Origin: Candidatus Eiseniibacteriota bacterium
Lineage (GTDB): Bacteria; Eisenbacteria; RBG-16-71-46; CAVPCR01
Assembly (NCBI GenBank): GCA_963823555.1
Contig: CAWGMA010000004.1
Location: 32,001 to 96,000, forward strand
Length of the DNA: 64,000 nt
Direction of reading: 5' to 3'
Shown here piece by piece: positions 52,930 to 63,496 of this stretch (positions are counted from its first letter, which is position 1; the number at the start of each line of letters is the position of its first letter). Made by a program: the position numbers and the translations under genes. The notes below the pieces were generated by a model. It did not search any database and was not told the origin of the DNA. It saw nothing but the letters and a program-made list of their open reading frames with translations.

Positions 52930-55674
52930 CTAGGGCAGCTTGACGACGCGGATCGCGCTCTGCTCGCCCCGATTCTCGAGGCGGAGCCAGTAGACGCCAG
53001 GGGCCACGGGCCGCCCGCCGGCGCTCTTCCCGTCCCACGTGAAGGATTGCCATCCAGCCGGGTGATCCCCCACCGGGAGCGATCGCACCAGCCGGCCATC
53101 CACATCATAGACCCGGAGGGTGGTCCGGCTCGAAGCGGAGGGCAGGAAGGCCTCGACCGCGGTCGCCGTCGAGAAGGGGTTGGGGGAGGCGCGTCCGAGC
53201 ACGAGCCGCGCCGGGGATGCCGGTTGGGAGGCGGCGATCCCCGCGCTCGCCCCGGTGAGCCCCTCGATCACGAGGTCGTCGACTCCGGCTTCGACCAGGG
53301 TCTGCGTTCCGTAATCCGAGGCCGTGAAGCGGAGCTGCATGCGATCGGTGTAGGGCAGCTCCTCGCGCAGGAGCTCCTCCTTCACGAATCGCCACTCCGG
53401 CTCGTCGGATGTGATGGCGAAGAGCGGATGCCAGCTCCCTCCCGCATCGTTCGAGACATCGATCCGGAACACGTCATCACCGGGGAAGCGCGACCAGATA
53501 TAGGCGGAGATCCGTACATAGCTCTCGGCGCTCAGGTCGAAGAGCGGCGAGAAGAGCGTGGTGCGCCCACCATCGACATCCCCAGCCGAGGCGTTGGCTC
53601 CGGGTCCCGGGTTCCCGGTGACGAAGGCGTGCGTGCCTGGGGACGGCGTGTGATCGTCCTCGGGAGCGACGATGAAGCTCCCGATCACCGTGCCGTAGGG
53701 ATCATCATGCACCCAGAACCCGGAGGTGGCATCGTCGTCCGGGGCTCCGGCGGTCCAGCCGACGGCGGTCTCGAGGTCGTTCGTCAGGATCGGCACCATG
53801 GTGCCGACCACGAACAGGAACGGATCCGCTTCGCCGCCCGCCGGGAGCGCCGCATCCGGCCCGTTCAGCGCATCGGCCACGAGGTAGTAGCGGATGTAGC
53901 TGCCGGCCGCCTGCGCCGGGATCTCCCCTTGCCACTCGTTCGGGTTCCCGCTCGGCGTCATCGGCGCGGTCAGGAACGGCCCGCCCGAGACGCTGTAGTG
54001 GATGGTCATGGCCACGACGCTCTCGGGCAACAGGGCCGGAGTGGCGATGGCGACCACGGGATACGGATTCGTCTCGTCGGTCGTGTCGGCCAGAGGCTCG
54101 TGCTCGAGGGTGACACGGTAGAAGACATCGATGATCTGCCCGAGGTCGGGCAGGACACCGATCGGCTTCGAAAGCGGCTCACCCTGCGGGGTGCCGTTCA
54201 TGGCAAGGATGGCGCGCAATGTGAGCGGATCGATGGTGAGTCCGAACATCTGCTGGCAGAGGTTCTGGGTCACGGCGGCGGCACCGGTGATGATCGGCGA
54301 TGCGCTCGAGGTGCCGGAGAAGGTGCCGGTATAGAGCTGGTCGGGATCGCCTGGATTGAAGAGCCCGCCGTAGCCGGTGGTGGCGACCGAGCTGCCGAAG
54401 CCGTGGGCGTCGATCCGGGTTCCGTGATTGGTCCAGCACTCGGGAATGTGGGTTCCGGGCGCGGCGGCGCCGACCATGATCGCCCCCGAATCCCGGATGG
54501 CGCGGTTGAAGAGCCCGTTGTACTGCGGGCCATCGAGGTTCATCGATCCATTGCCGCCGGCCTCGACCACGATGATCCCCGCTGCGGTGTGGGTCTGGAT
54601 GGCGTCGAAGTTCGCCTGCTCCCACTCCATGGGCACGTATTCGAACTGGCTGCAGTTGCAGGGACAGGTCTGGCCGCTGGGTGGTCCCGGCATGTGGTAC
54701 TCGATGAGGTACATCTCGCCGGGCTCGAGATGGCTCGCGGCGAGATCGAAGGCGCCGGCCACCGAGCCGGCGTTCCCGCCGTTGACCATGCGCGCCGTGA
54801 TGCCGTGGGCGATCCCGGTGATGCCGAACGGCCCATCGCAGCCCACCACCTCGCCGAGCACCGCCGTCCCGTGATGGTTGTCCGGAGCTGAAGGTGGGTT
54901 GAGGATGGCCACATCCCCGAGATCCTCGTGGGTCACGTTCCATCCGTTCTCGATGTCGACGAACCAGTAGTCGGGGACACCGCGCCCCGAGGGATGGAAG
55001 TCCCAGGCGGCGAACGCGTCCACGCCGGCGGGTGCGGGCTCGAGGTAGAACTGGTTGCCGACGAAGCTCGGCGTCGTGGGCAGGATGTCGGTGCAAGCCA
55101 GGGCCGGGATGCCCTCGAAGTAGGCGGTCTCGACGCAGTCGAGGGCGAGCCAGCTCGCCGCCACGGACTCGGTGTCGACGCCGGGGGTCAGGTAGACGAG
55201 ATAGTAGTTGTTGAGATCGGCCAGTTCCGTCCCGGAGCGCGCCCTCGCGAAGGCGCGGTCGCGGTCGAGATCCGACTCGGAGCGGGTGAAGAGGCGTTCG
55301 ATGCGATCGATGCTGGTGGCCCTGGTCGCCAGCTCGAGGCCGGGGAGCGGTCGGCCCTGCGTCTCGACGAGAGCGCCGTCGCGGAGCCGGACCCGGAGCC
55401 CCTCGGCGAACTTGAGGACGAAGCGATCGCGCCGCTGGTTCGGTCTCGGGGCGAGATCGACGAGGGCCTTGGGCAGGACGGCGCGCTTGAGCGTCGAGGG
55501 CGGAACCTGCGCCATGAGCGGATCGAGCGGATCGTGGATGGCGCGCACCTTCTCGGCGAAGGGTCGCGGCTGCCGTGAGCCGGCCGTCGCCGGCGAGGCG
55601 AGGGCGAGACCACCGATCATGAAGGCGGCGAGCAAGGGGGCGGCCACGGACCAGGTGGGCAGGCAATGGCGCAT
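52930..55674 (-). CDS. Secreted S8 peptidase with FlgD-Ig tail
   Basis: VDIENGW, HHGTAVLG, EAGGNG, FSGTSSASP; PNPF..YDVDGRLV..WDG..PGVYWLR. Confidence 0.87.
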   Translation of the reverse strand: MRHCLPTWSVAAPLLAAFMIGGLALASPATAGSRQPRPFAEKVRAIHDPLDPLMAQVPPSTLKRAVLPKALVDLAPRPNQRRDRFVLKFAEGLRVRLRDGALVETQGRPLPGLELATRATSIDRIERLFTRSESDLDRDRAFARARSGTELADLNNYYLVYLTPGVDTESVAASWLALDCVETAYFEGIPALACTDILPTTPSFVGNQFYLEPAPAGVDAFAAWDFHPSGRGVPDYWFVDIENGWNVTHEDLGDVAILNPPSAPDNHHGTAVLGEVVGCDGPFGITGIAHGITARMVNGGNAGSVAGAFDLAASHLEPGEMYLIEYHMPGPPSGQTCPCNCSQFEYVPMEWEQANFDAIQTHTAAGIIVVEAGGNGSMNLDGPQYNGLFNRAIRDSGAIMVGAAAPGTHIPECWTNHGTRIDAHGFGSSVATTGYGGLFNPGDPDQLYTGTFSGTSSASPIITGAAAVTQNLCQQMFGLTIDPLTLRAILAMNGTPQGEPLSKPIGVLPDLGQIIDVFYRVTLEHEPLADTTDETNPYPVVAIATPALLPESVVAMTIHYSVSGGPFLTAPMTPSGNPNEWQGEIPAQAAGSYIRYYLVADALNGPDAALPAGGEADPFLFVVGTMVPILTNDLETAVGWTAGAPDDDATSGFWVHDDPYGTVIGSFIVAPEDDHTPSPGTHAFVTGNPGPGANASAGDVDGGRTTLFSPLFDLSAESYVRISAYIWSRFPGDDVFRIDVSNDAGGSWHPLFAITSDEPEWRFVKEELLREELPYTDRMQLRFTASDYGTQTLVEAGVDDLVIEGLTGASAGIAASQPASPARLVLGRASPNPFSTATAVEAFLPSASSRTTLRVYDVDGRLVRSLPVGDHPAGWQSFTWDGKSAGGRPVAPGVYWLRLENRGEQSAIRVVKLP

Positions 55675-55746
55675 CGGACTCCTCCAGGCAAGACGTGTCA
55701 CCACGATAATGGTAGCACGAGCCCTGGCAGAGCGATGCATGAAGTG

Positions 55747-55784
55747 GCGGAGCCCGGAAGGTGAATTCACCCTCCGGGCTCCGC
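55747..55784. terminator. Near-perfect 38-bp palindrome, probable terminator of the gene at 55855-56601
   Basis: GCGGAGCCCGGAAGGTGAA/TTCACCCTCCGGGCTCCGC. Confidence 0.55.
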
Positions 55785-55854
55785 GATCGTTCAGCCCTGC
55801 CCTTCCGGGACGTCACTGTTGCCTGTTCGCGATCGCCCCGGCGATGCGGGGAGC

Positions 55855-56601
55855 CTACCGGGCGAAGGTCGACTTCACCTGGCCCCAGGTTGCCGGCTCC
55901 ACGGCCACCGGGCCGCCGCAGGCCCAGACCGCGATGTTGTTCGCGAGCTGCGTGTTGTCGGCGTTGCCGATGAAGCCATCGGTGAACATGTTGTGGTCGC
56001 CGGTGACGAGGATGCGCCCCGCGTACGGGAAGCCCGTTGCCGCCTCGAGAACGACCATGAAGGTGTTGTTCGAGGCGTCGACGCCGAGGAGCTGCGCGTC
56101 TCCACCGTAGTTGAAGGTTGCGTTCGTGTTGTAGAAGAAGCTCGTCACGCTTTGAGTGATGGGGTGCGCGGATGAGATCGAGCCGTTGCCGACGCCGCCC
56201 ACCGACGTGTATCCGGTGACGCCGTAGAAGGCTGTGAAGGACTCGTAGGCCGGGAGCGGGAAGATGTCCGCGGTCACGATGAGCGTGCCGCCGCCGGTGA
56301 TCCAGGCCTGGAGCGCCGCCTGCTCGGCCGCCGAGAGGGTGCCGGTCGACTGGCTGAGAAGTGATGTGTAGAAGATGTCAACGCCGCTCAGGTAGGCGGC
56401 CGTGAGCGTCGGGGTGGCAGCGGCGACGGTCCCGCTGTTCGAAGTGATGATGGAGCGCAGGACCGAATGCGCGTTTCCGGTCAGCGGACCGTCGGCGTAG
56501 TTGATGCGCGTTCCATCGAAGCTACCCCATCGACACTGGGCGGCGGCGAGGGATGGCAGAACGAGAAGGGCGCAGAGTGCGATAACAAACCAGGACTTCA
56601 C
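55855..56601 (-). CDS. Secreted GATase-like-fold (DUF4350-like) protein ending in VEPATWGQVKSTFAR
   Basis: GGAGG plus GTG start; signal peptide; AEQAALQAWITGGGTL, GRILVTGDHNMF, DNTQLANN. Confidence 0.8.
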   Translation of the reverse strand: MKSWFVIALCALLVLPSLAAAQCRWGSFDGTRINYADGPLTGNAHSVLRSIITSNSGTVAAATPTLTAAYLSGVDIFYTSLLSQSTGTLSAAEQAALQAWITGGGTLIVTADIFPLPAYESFTAFYGVTGYTSVGGVGNGSISSAHPITQSVTSFFYNTNATFNYGGDAQLLGVDASNNTFMVVLEAATGFPYAGRILVTGDHNMFTDGFIGNADNTQLANNIAVWACGGPVAVEPATWGQVKSTFAR

Positions 56602-56789
56602 GGTGAACCTCCATGTTGTTCTGATGTCAGAACCGGGACGATCCGGCCACTGGAGCACGGATGGCTCGATGGGAAGTGACCGGAGCTGAAAGATCATAGC
56701 AGCCGTCAGGCCAGGCGCCAATCGTGTGAGTGAATGGAAGCTCACTCCGCGATGCGGAAAGATCTCGATGTCGAACGCGAGGCATCGGC

Positions 56790-58133
56790 TCAGCGGCCGT
56801 ATGCGGTCTTTCCTGGAGGCGGGGTCGCGCCGTGAATCGTGGCCTCGTAGGCCTTCGCGGGCTGGATGGCAACGGCGCCGGCGTCGTGCCACGAGCGCTC
56901 GAACGTGGTCATCACGGCCGCCGCGAGCGGTCGGTTCCAGAGCGTGATCGAGAGGTTCCGTGAGGCGAGCCAGTAGCTCGGATCCCAGTTCGACGTGCCG
57001 ATCCACACCGCCTCACCGTCGACGACCATGAACTTGCAGTGCTGGACCCGGGCGAAGGGGATGTAGCCGCCACTCCACTCGGGGATCGTGATCATCTTGA
57101 CCTCGATGTTCGGCACCCGGGTGAGGCTCTGCGTGGCCGCCATCCCCTTGCCGCCCGCCTGCCAGTCGGAGACCAGGAGCCGCACGCGCACGCCGCGCGC
57201 CGCGGCGCGCCGGAGCGCGTCGTCGATCGAGGGGTCGTGCCGGCCGCGGGATTCGATGGCGTAGCTGAGGAGCTTGATCGACACCTCGCGCCGGGCGTCG
57301 TCGATGAGGTTCATGATCCGGGTGTGATCCCAGTGGGTCGAGTCGGGGCTGAACGCGAGCGGCGACCAGGCCGGGGCCACCCACACCGTGTCGCCGGGGC
57401 TCGCCACGATCGCGAAGGGAGCGCCGGCGGCGGCGTCCCGGGCGCGGGTCTTCGCCGCGGCGACCTCCTGCTCGCGCGCCGCCGCGGTGGTCAGCGTGTC
57501 CGCGGCCGCCCAGTCCATGGCGAAGATCCCGGCGAACGCCGTTGCCAGCCGCGGATCGCGCACACGGACGCCCATCTCGTGGATGTGCTCGAGCGCGCGC
57601 CAGTCGAGGTTCTGGCTGCCGACATAGACCTCGCGCTCGTCGACGAGGATCATCTTGGCGTGTTGCACCCCACCGGCGAGATCCTTGAAGTCGACAAGCC
57701 TCACCTCGATCCCCGGTATCCGTCCGAGCGAGTCGGCGGGAGAGGGATAGGTCCGGGCCATGCCGCGGTCGAGGAGGATGCGCACACGGACGCCGCGCGC
57801 CGCCGCGGCACCGATCGCATCGAGCACGGGTGCGAGGGGTTCGCCGGGCCAGTGCGCCAGGTAGAACTGCTCGAAGTCGAGGCTCTCCTCGGCGCCCGCG
57901 ATCATGTCGAGCCAGACATCGAGCGCCGAGGGCAGCGCCGGGTTCCCGAGCGTGGTCTCGACCGGTCGCGTCTCGGCGAGCTCGACGAGCGTCGAGGTGC
58001 CCGCGGGTGCCGGGGCGAGCTCGCCCGGCGGCGGCGCGAGGGCCACGGTCGCGGCGAGATGGAGCGCAAGCGCCGTGGTGACCAGTGCTGCTACGGCGCT
58101 CGTGCCTGGCCGGCGGCGAGGTCGGGCAGGCAT
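56790..58133 (-). CDS. Phospholipase D-family protein with two HKD motifs
   Basis: HAKMILVD..GSQN, HCKFMVVD..GTSN. Confidence 0.9.
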   Translation of the reverse strand: MPARPRRRPGTSAVAALVTTALALHLAATVALAPPPGELAPAPAGTSTLVELAETRPVETTLGNPALPSALDVWLDMIAGAEESLDFEQFYLAHWPGEPLAPVLDAIGAAAARGVRVRILLDRGMARTYPSPADSLGRIPGIEVRLVDFKDLAGGVQHAKMILVDEREVYVGSQNLDWRALEHIHEMGVRVRDPRLATAFAGIFAMDWAAADTLTTAAAREQEVAAAKTRARDAAAGAPFAIVASPGDTVWVAPAWSPLAFSPDSTHWDHTRIMNLIDDARREVSIKLLSYAIESRGRHDPSIDDALRRAAARGVRVRLLVSDWQAGGKGMAATQSLTRVPNIEVKMITIPEWSGGYIPFARVQHCKFMVVDGEAVWIGTSNWDPSYWLASRNLSITLWNRPLAAAVMTTFERSWHDAGAVAIQPAKAYEATIHGATPPPGKTAYGR

Positions 58134-58138
58134 CGGTC

Positions 58139-59836
58139 TCAAACCTCCTGCTCGAGGAAGTAGTTGAAGTCCTCCGCTTCCTCGGCGTGGAGGAGCTCGA
58201 AGGCGTCGGCCGCGGTGCGGGAGTTGTAGAGCTGCTGCTGGATCTCGCGATCGCCGCCGATGGCGCGGGCCAGCGCGGCCAGGACCTCCAGGTGCCGGTC
58301 GCGCTCCGCGGGGGGCGTGGCCAGGACCACCATGCAGTGAATGGGGATGCCATCCGGGGTCGGGAACGGGAGGCCTTCGCGGCTGATCCCCATCGCCCCG
58401 ACGAGAGCGGTCCCGTCCTCGAGGAGGCCATGGGGGATCGCGAGCCCTTCCCCGATGCAGGTCGAGACTTCCCGCTCCCGCTCGATAATCGATTGGAGCA
58501 GGCCTTCGCGATCCACCTTCAGGTGGTTCGATGCGATGAGGATATCCGTGAGTCGGGAGATCGCTTCCTCGTAGGTGCCGGCCTTGAGATTGGTGATGAT
58601 GTTGTCCTCCCGGAGGAAGTCGATGAGGCGGGCACGGTCTCGACCGTAGTCGCCGCTCTTGACGAGGGCGGTGCGAGTGAGGATGGGGCCGATGATCTCA
58701 TTCATCATCACGACCGTGATGCCGATCGCCAGGATGAGGCCGTGGATCGATTCGAAGGCAGGATCTTCCTGCAACAGCAGGATGAGCCCGATGGCGAGCC
58801 CGGCCTGGGGCACGAGCGCCAGCCCCAGGTAACGGCGCAGGCTCCTGGTGGCCCCCGCCAGCCGCATGGCCAGTCCCGCGGCCGTCACCTTGCCGAGAAG
58901 CCGCATCGAGAACACGATGACCGCCAGGCCGCCGGCGGCCGCAGCGTATCCGAGATCGAGCTCCATCCCGGCCAGGGTGAAGAACACGGTGAGGATGGCG
59001 CTCTCGAAGTTGACGAAGACGCGGTGACCGATCTCCTCGCGATTGGGCGTGAGGTTAGCAAGCGTCATGCCCAGCGCCATGCAGCAGAGGAGCGAGGGTA
59101 GCTCGAGGAGGTCAGCGAACCCCGAGGCGACGAGAATGGCCAGGATGGACGCGGTGGCGAGGTGATCCGGGCGCACCATGCGCCAGGTCGCCCCGACGAG
59201 CACCGTGCCCACTCCGGCGCCGAGAGCCATGGATGCCGCCACTTGCCGGATGGGAGCGGCGAGGAGATTGGGGAGCGGGTCGCCGGGGGCGGCGTGCAGG
59301 ATCACCACGCCCGCGCCGCGGGCGATCTCGAACACGAAGATGCAGGCGATGTTGTTCAAGGCCACGGCGGCGAGCAGGGTCTTGACGAAGACGCCCTTGG
59401 ATCGCGTCTCCCTCACCAGCGCGACGATGGTGGCGGGGGCGGTGGCCACCGAGATCGCGGCGAGGAGGAGGGCGAGCGAGGAGGAGGTCCCGGGCACGAG
59501 CATGAGCGCCGAGAGGACGAGCGCGGGGGTGATCGTGACTTCCAGGAGGACGAGCAGCAAGAGGCGCTTGCGCGCGTTGCGCAGCCGGCGGAGGTTCAGG
59601 TGATTCCCTACCGTCACCGCGATCAGGCCGAGGGCGAAGTGGGTGACGGGGCGTAGATCGAGGACCGCCTGCGCCTCGAGGACGTGCAGCACCGACGGCC
59701 CGAGGAGAATGCCGACGAGGATCTGGCCGGTGATCCCCGGCACCCGTAGTCGCCGGGCCACGGCACCGCCGACGAGTCCCGCGATGAGGACGATGGCCAG
59801 CGTCAGGAGAGGGTTGGCTTCTGGTAACCAGGCCAT
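58139..59836 (-). CDS. Cation:proton antiporter with C-terminal PTS EIIA-like domain
   Basis: Many TM segments, ATAPA, FFTLAG, PQAGLAIG, EIIGP; EREREVSTCIGEGLAIPHG. Confidence 0.85.
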   Translation of the reverse strand: MAWLPEANPLLTLAIVLIAGLVGGAVARRLRVPGITGQILVGILLGPSVLHVLEAQAVLDLRPVTHFALGLIAVTVGNHLNLRRLRNARKRLLLLVLLEVTITPALVLSALMLVPGTSSSLALLLAAISVATAPATIVALVRETRSKGVFVKTLLAAVALNNIACIFVFEIARGAGVVILHAAPGDPLPNLLAAPIRQVAASMALGAGVGTVLVGATWRMVRPDHLATASILAILVASGFADLLELPSLLCCMALGMTLANLTPNREEIGHRVFVNFESAILTVFFTLAGMELDLGYAAAAGGLAVIVFSMRLLGKVTAAGLAMRLAGATRSLRRYLGLALVPQAGLAIGLILLLQEDPAFESIHGLILAIGITVVMMNEIIGPILTRTALVKSGDYGRDRARLIDFLREDNIITNLKAGTYEEAISRLTDILIASNHLKVDREGLLQSIIEREREVSTCIGEGLAIPHGLLEDGTALVGAMGISREGLPFPTPDGIPIHCMVVLATPPAERDRHLEVLAALARAIGGDREIQQQLYNSRTAADAFELLHAEEAEDFNYFLEQEV

Positions 59837-60544
59837 CAGGAAACGCCCTGAATCAGTTCGCTGCGAGACTCGCGTCCGGAAGTAGAACATCTCGGCCACG
59901 GCCGACATGTCCCCGTAGCAGGTGAGCACATCTCCCGGGAACAGACACTCCTCTCCCTGCGGGATGGCGATGGTCGTCTCGCCGCGGGTGATCGACAGGA
60001 TCTGGACCTTCCGCCGCTTCAGCCTGAGCTCCAACAGGGTGTGGCCACTGAGAGCCGATCCCTCCTGCACCACGGCCCGCACCACGCCAAAACCCTCGGT
60101 GACCCGCAGCATGTTCTCGAGCGACGGCACGCGCAGATCATAACGGGCGGTCAGCCAGTGCCGGATGCTGTTGCTGATGCGCGTGGTGAGCCCCTGCCAG
60201 CTCATCAGGAGATAGATGAGGTAGATGGCGAGCAGGACCCCTCCCGTGACGAGGCCCATGCGCAGGAAGTTCTGCTGCAGCAATGAAGTGGCGAAGGTGG
60301 CGATCACCGAGACCGTCCCGGCGTGCCCGACGATGATGAGGACGGTGATGATCTTCCTGCGCACCGGGAAATGGACTGCTTCCTCCGTCTCACGGGTGGT
60401 GAAGCCGGTATTGGTGAAAGCGGAGAGCGCCTGGAAGCGGGCCTTGGTGCGGTCCATTCCGGTCAGCTCGAGGGCGATGGCCCCCGCCCGCACGCAGATG
60501 AGCGATGCGATGATGATCGCTAGAAGCAGAGCGGCGGAACCCAT
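59836..60544 (-). CDS. Membrane protein with pore-like motif and TrkA_C/RCK-C domain (reads in frame with the antiporter, probably because of an indel)
   Basis: ALELTG..ARFQALSAFTNTGFTT; GHTLLEL..QILSITRG..GDVL. Confidence 0.75.
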
Positions 60545-60545
60545 G

Positions 60546-62123
60546 TCACTTCGCTTTCCTCAAGATGATCACGCCGGGATCGCCGGAGTGATCCATGGAG
60601 ACGAGGAGTCTCGCGATCGCCTCGCGCATGGCCGGGTCCACATAGGCGTCGTTGTTGTACGCCCACTCGGTCATGATCACGCTGACCCGGTCGTGGGTGG
60701 CGACGAGGGTCTCGAACTCGCCCGCGTCGTAGAGCCAGCGCAGCGGGACCGTGCGTGATCCCAGCCGGCCGGTGGGTCCCTCGCCATCCTCCGGCTGCTT
60801 CTGGCGCAGGATGTAGTCGGGGAACTCCCCGGTGTAATACGCCACATGGAGCGGCCAGGGCGACATCACGAGATCCTCCGCCACCACCTCCTTCAGGACG
60901 GGAGCCACGGTCTTCCAGTTGGGGCCGTAGCCGTAGGTGAGCATGCTCTTCGACTCGCCGAGCCAGGTGGTGGTGAAGAGGAGCGGCACCGGGAGCGCCG
61001 CCAGGCACATGACGACGGCGACGGCCCGGGATCTCGTCCGCCACTCCCCGGCGATGGCGCGCACGAGCGGCCGCAGGGCGAGTTCGACCACGTAGCCCGC
61101 AGCGATGAAGAAGTAGGGGAGGAAGTAGAAGAGGTAGCGGTCCTCGACGCGTCCGGTGTAGAGGAGGACGTGGACGGCGAGAAGCGGGATGAACGAGCAG
61201 AAGACGAACCAGCCCGGCTTCCCGTGGTCTCGGATCAGGAGGACGGCGCCGAGCAGGTAGGTGAAGGTGAAAGCCGGGTAGTAGTAGAGGAAGAACCACG
61301 AGTAGAGCCGGTAGGCGGAGATGTCCGGGGCCCAGGGCGGCCGCTCGCGAGCGACGGCGAGGAGCTTCGCGGCGACACTCGGCAGCACGAGCCACACCGC
61401 CAGGCCGAGGAGGGCGAAGATCGCCAGCAGCTTCACGTACCGGGAGCGGAACATGGTCGCGTAGCCGTCGCGGAGGTTTCCGGCCGCCGCCATGAGAAGG
61501 GCGTAGGCCGCGAAGGCGAGGACCAGGTTCATCGTCAGGAGCTGGACCCAGCCGGCGAGGCCGAGGAACACGATCCCCGCGGCGATGAGGAGCCGCAAGC
61601 GTCTCCGGTTTGCCCGCGCCAGCCCCGGGAGCTCCGTCCCGGTTTTCGCCCCGCGGCCGGATTCGAGGAGCTCGAAGAGGATCGCGGCCGCTCCGAAGTA
61701 GAAGAGCTGATGGAGCCCGTACATGCGCACTTCCCGGCCCATCCTGAGCTCGTGCGGGGAGAAGGCGAGCACGATGACCACGATCAGGGCCAGGCGCACG
61801 TTGAACCAGCGGCGCACGACATAGAAGGCGAGCACCAGGAACAGGATGTTGATCGCGAGGAACGGCGCGCGGGCCGCCGCCTCGTTGTTGCCGAACCACT
61901 TGAAACCGAGGGCGGTGAGGTAGGTGACGGGGAGCGCTCGCGTGTAGCGGCCGTCGCCGTAGGCGGGGAGGTAGGGGGTTCCGGTCTCGTTGAGCGACTG
62001 CGCCGCGACGACGTGATAGAGCTCGTCGGTCCAGAAGGAGAAGGTGCCGAGCTGGTAGGCGCGGGCCCATCCCGCGCCGACGAGGACGAGGAGGAGGAGC
62101 CCGTAGGGATAGAGGCGGCGCAT
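60546..62123 (-). CDS. GT-C fold glycosyltransferase (family 39/ArnT-like)
   Basis: SFWTDE, EAAAR, REVRMY, multiple TM helices. Confidence 0.85.
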   Translation of the reverse strand: MRRLYPYGLLLLVLVGAGWARAYQLGTFSFWTDELYHVVAAQSLNETGTPYLPAYGDGRYTRALPVTYLTALGFKWFGNNEAAARAPFLAINILFLVLAFYVVRRWFNVRLALIVVIVLAFSPHELRMGREVRMYGLHQLFYFGAAAILFELLESGRGAKTGTELPGLARANRRRLRLLIAAGIVFLGLAGWVQLLTMNLVLAFAAYALLMAAAGNLRDGYATMFRSRYVKLLAIFALLGLAVWLVLPSVAAKLLAVARERPPWAPDISAYRLYSWFFLYYYPAFTFTYLLGAVLLIRDHGKPGWFVFCSFIPLLAVHVLLYTGRVEDRYLFYFLPYFFIAAGYVVELALRPLVRAIAGEWRTRSRAVAVVMCLAALPVPLLFTTTWLGESKSMLTYGYGPNWKTVAPVLKEVVAEDLVMSPWPLHVAYYTGEFPDYILRQKQPEDGEGPTGRLGSRTVPLRWLYDAGEFETLVATHDRVSVIMTEWAYNNDAYVDPAMREAIARLLVSMDHSGDPGVIILRKAK

Positions 62124-63142
62124 CACGATGCTCCGCCGGCGGGATCCTTCCCACCCTCGTTCGCCACCAGCACCGCCGCCCCGCGCACCCGCCCTGCCCT
62201 GAGCGCCGCCAGCGCCTCGTTGGCCGCACCGAGCGGATAGGGTTCGATCGCGGTCCGCACCGGCACCATGGGTGCGAGCTCGAGGAACTCCTCGCCGTCG
62301 CGACGCGTGAGGTTCGCGACCGAGCGCACGACCCGCTCGCCCCACAGGAGCTCGTACGGGAAGGAGGGGATGTCGCTCATGTAGATGCCCGCGCAGACGA
62401 CCGTGCCGCCGCGCGCCACCGCCTCGAGCGCGCGCGGCACGAGGGCGCCCACCGGCGCGAAGATGATGGCGGCATCGAGCAACTCGGGTGGGCTCTCCTC
62501 CGACGAGCCCGCCCACTCGCATCCGACCTCGCGCGCGAAGATCTGTCCTGCTGCATCTCCCGGCCGTGTGAAGGCGAAGAGCCTGCGCCCCTGGTAGCGT
62601 GCGACCTGGGCCACGATGTGCGCCGCGGCCCCGAAGCCGTAGAGCCCGAGCCGGCGTGCATTGCCGGCGGCGACGAGGGAGCGGTAGCCGATCAACCCCG
62701 CGCAGATGAGCGGCGCCGCCTCGAGCGCGGAGTAGCTCGCGGGGAGGGCGAAGCAGAAGCGCCCGTCGGCCACCGTGTACTCGGCGAAGCCGCCGTCCCG
62801 GTCGTAGCCGGTGAAGCGCGCCTCGGCGCACAGGTTCTCGCGCCCGCTCCGGCAGGCGGCGCACTGCCCGCAGCTCCCGCCGAGCCAGGGGATGCCGACC
62901 CGATCGCCGCGCTGCCAGCGGGTCACGCCATCCCCGACCGCTGCGATCTCGCCCACGATCTCGTGCCCGGGCACGAGTGGGAGCTTGGGATGCGTGAGCT
63001 CGCCGTCGACGATATGGAGATCGGTGCGGCAGACCGCGCAGGCGGCGACACGCACCAGCACCTCTCCCGGCCCGGGCTCGGGTCTTGGTATCTCCGCGGC
63101 GCGGAGCGCACGGTGCGGCGCGTCGAGGACCATGGCGCGCAT
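62123..63142 (-). CDS. Zinc-dependent alcohol dehydrogenase
   Basis: CRTDLH, GHE, CGQCAAC..C, GLYGFGAA. Confidence 0.93.
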   Translation of the reverse strand: MRAMVLDAPHRALRAAEIPRPEPGPGEVLVRVAACAVCRTDLHIVDGELTHPKLPLVPGHEIVGEIAAVGDGVTRWQRGDRVGIPWLGGSCGQCAACRSGRENLCAEARFTGYDRDGGFAEYTVADGRFCFALPASYSALEAAPLICAGLIGYRSLVAAGNARRLGLYGFGAAAHIVAQVARYQGRRLFAFTRPGDAAGQIFAREVGCEWAGSSEESPPELLDAAIIFAPVGALVPRALEAVARGGTVVCAGIYMSDIPSFPYELLWGERVVRSVANLTRRDGEEFLELAPMVPVRTAIEPYPLGAANEALAALRAGRVRGAAVLVANEGGKDPAGGAS

Positions 63143-63468
63143 CACATCCCACCTCCGCCGCGGCCCCCGCGCCGGACCGCGAACCCCGAGATCACCGTGA
63201 AGACGGCGACCGCCCCGAGGATGAGCGCGAGCCGCTCCCACGGCTCTCCGACCGCCTGACGCCGGCCGACTTGCACGACCAGGGTGCGGATCCACTCGAG
63301 CGCCCCGGCGAAGAGCACGATCGAGAGCGCGCGCCGCGCCAGGCGCCGCCGTGTGGCAAGGACCAGCGGCGACAGGGCAAACGCCGCCGCCAGCGCCCAG
63401 CTGCCGCCGCGAAAATAGTGAGCGCCCAGGAGGAGGGCGCTCACGACGGCCAGGACGATGCTCAGGAT
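63142..63468 (-). CDS. Small membrane protein (start uncertain)
   Basis: LLLGAHYFR..EW..GEPWERLALILG; hydrophobic; AGGAGG upstream. Confidence 0.7.
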   Translation of the reverse strand: MLSIVLAVVSALLLGAHYFRGGSWALAAAFALSPLVLATRRRLARRALSIVLFAGALEWIRTLVVQVGRRQAVGEPWERLALILGAVAVFTVISGFAVRRGGRGGGGM

Positions 63469-63496
63469 GGCCGACCTCCTCTGCCGGCGATCGTTG

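Noticed and set aside
62124..63152. N-terminal 340 aa of the 868-aa ORF 60546-63152
   Set aside because: Arg-rich off-frame read through the ADH gene; the glycosyltransferase starts at ATG 62123.
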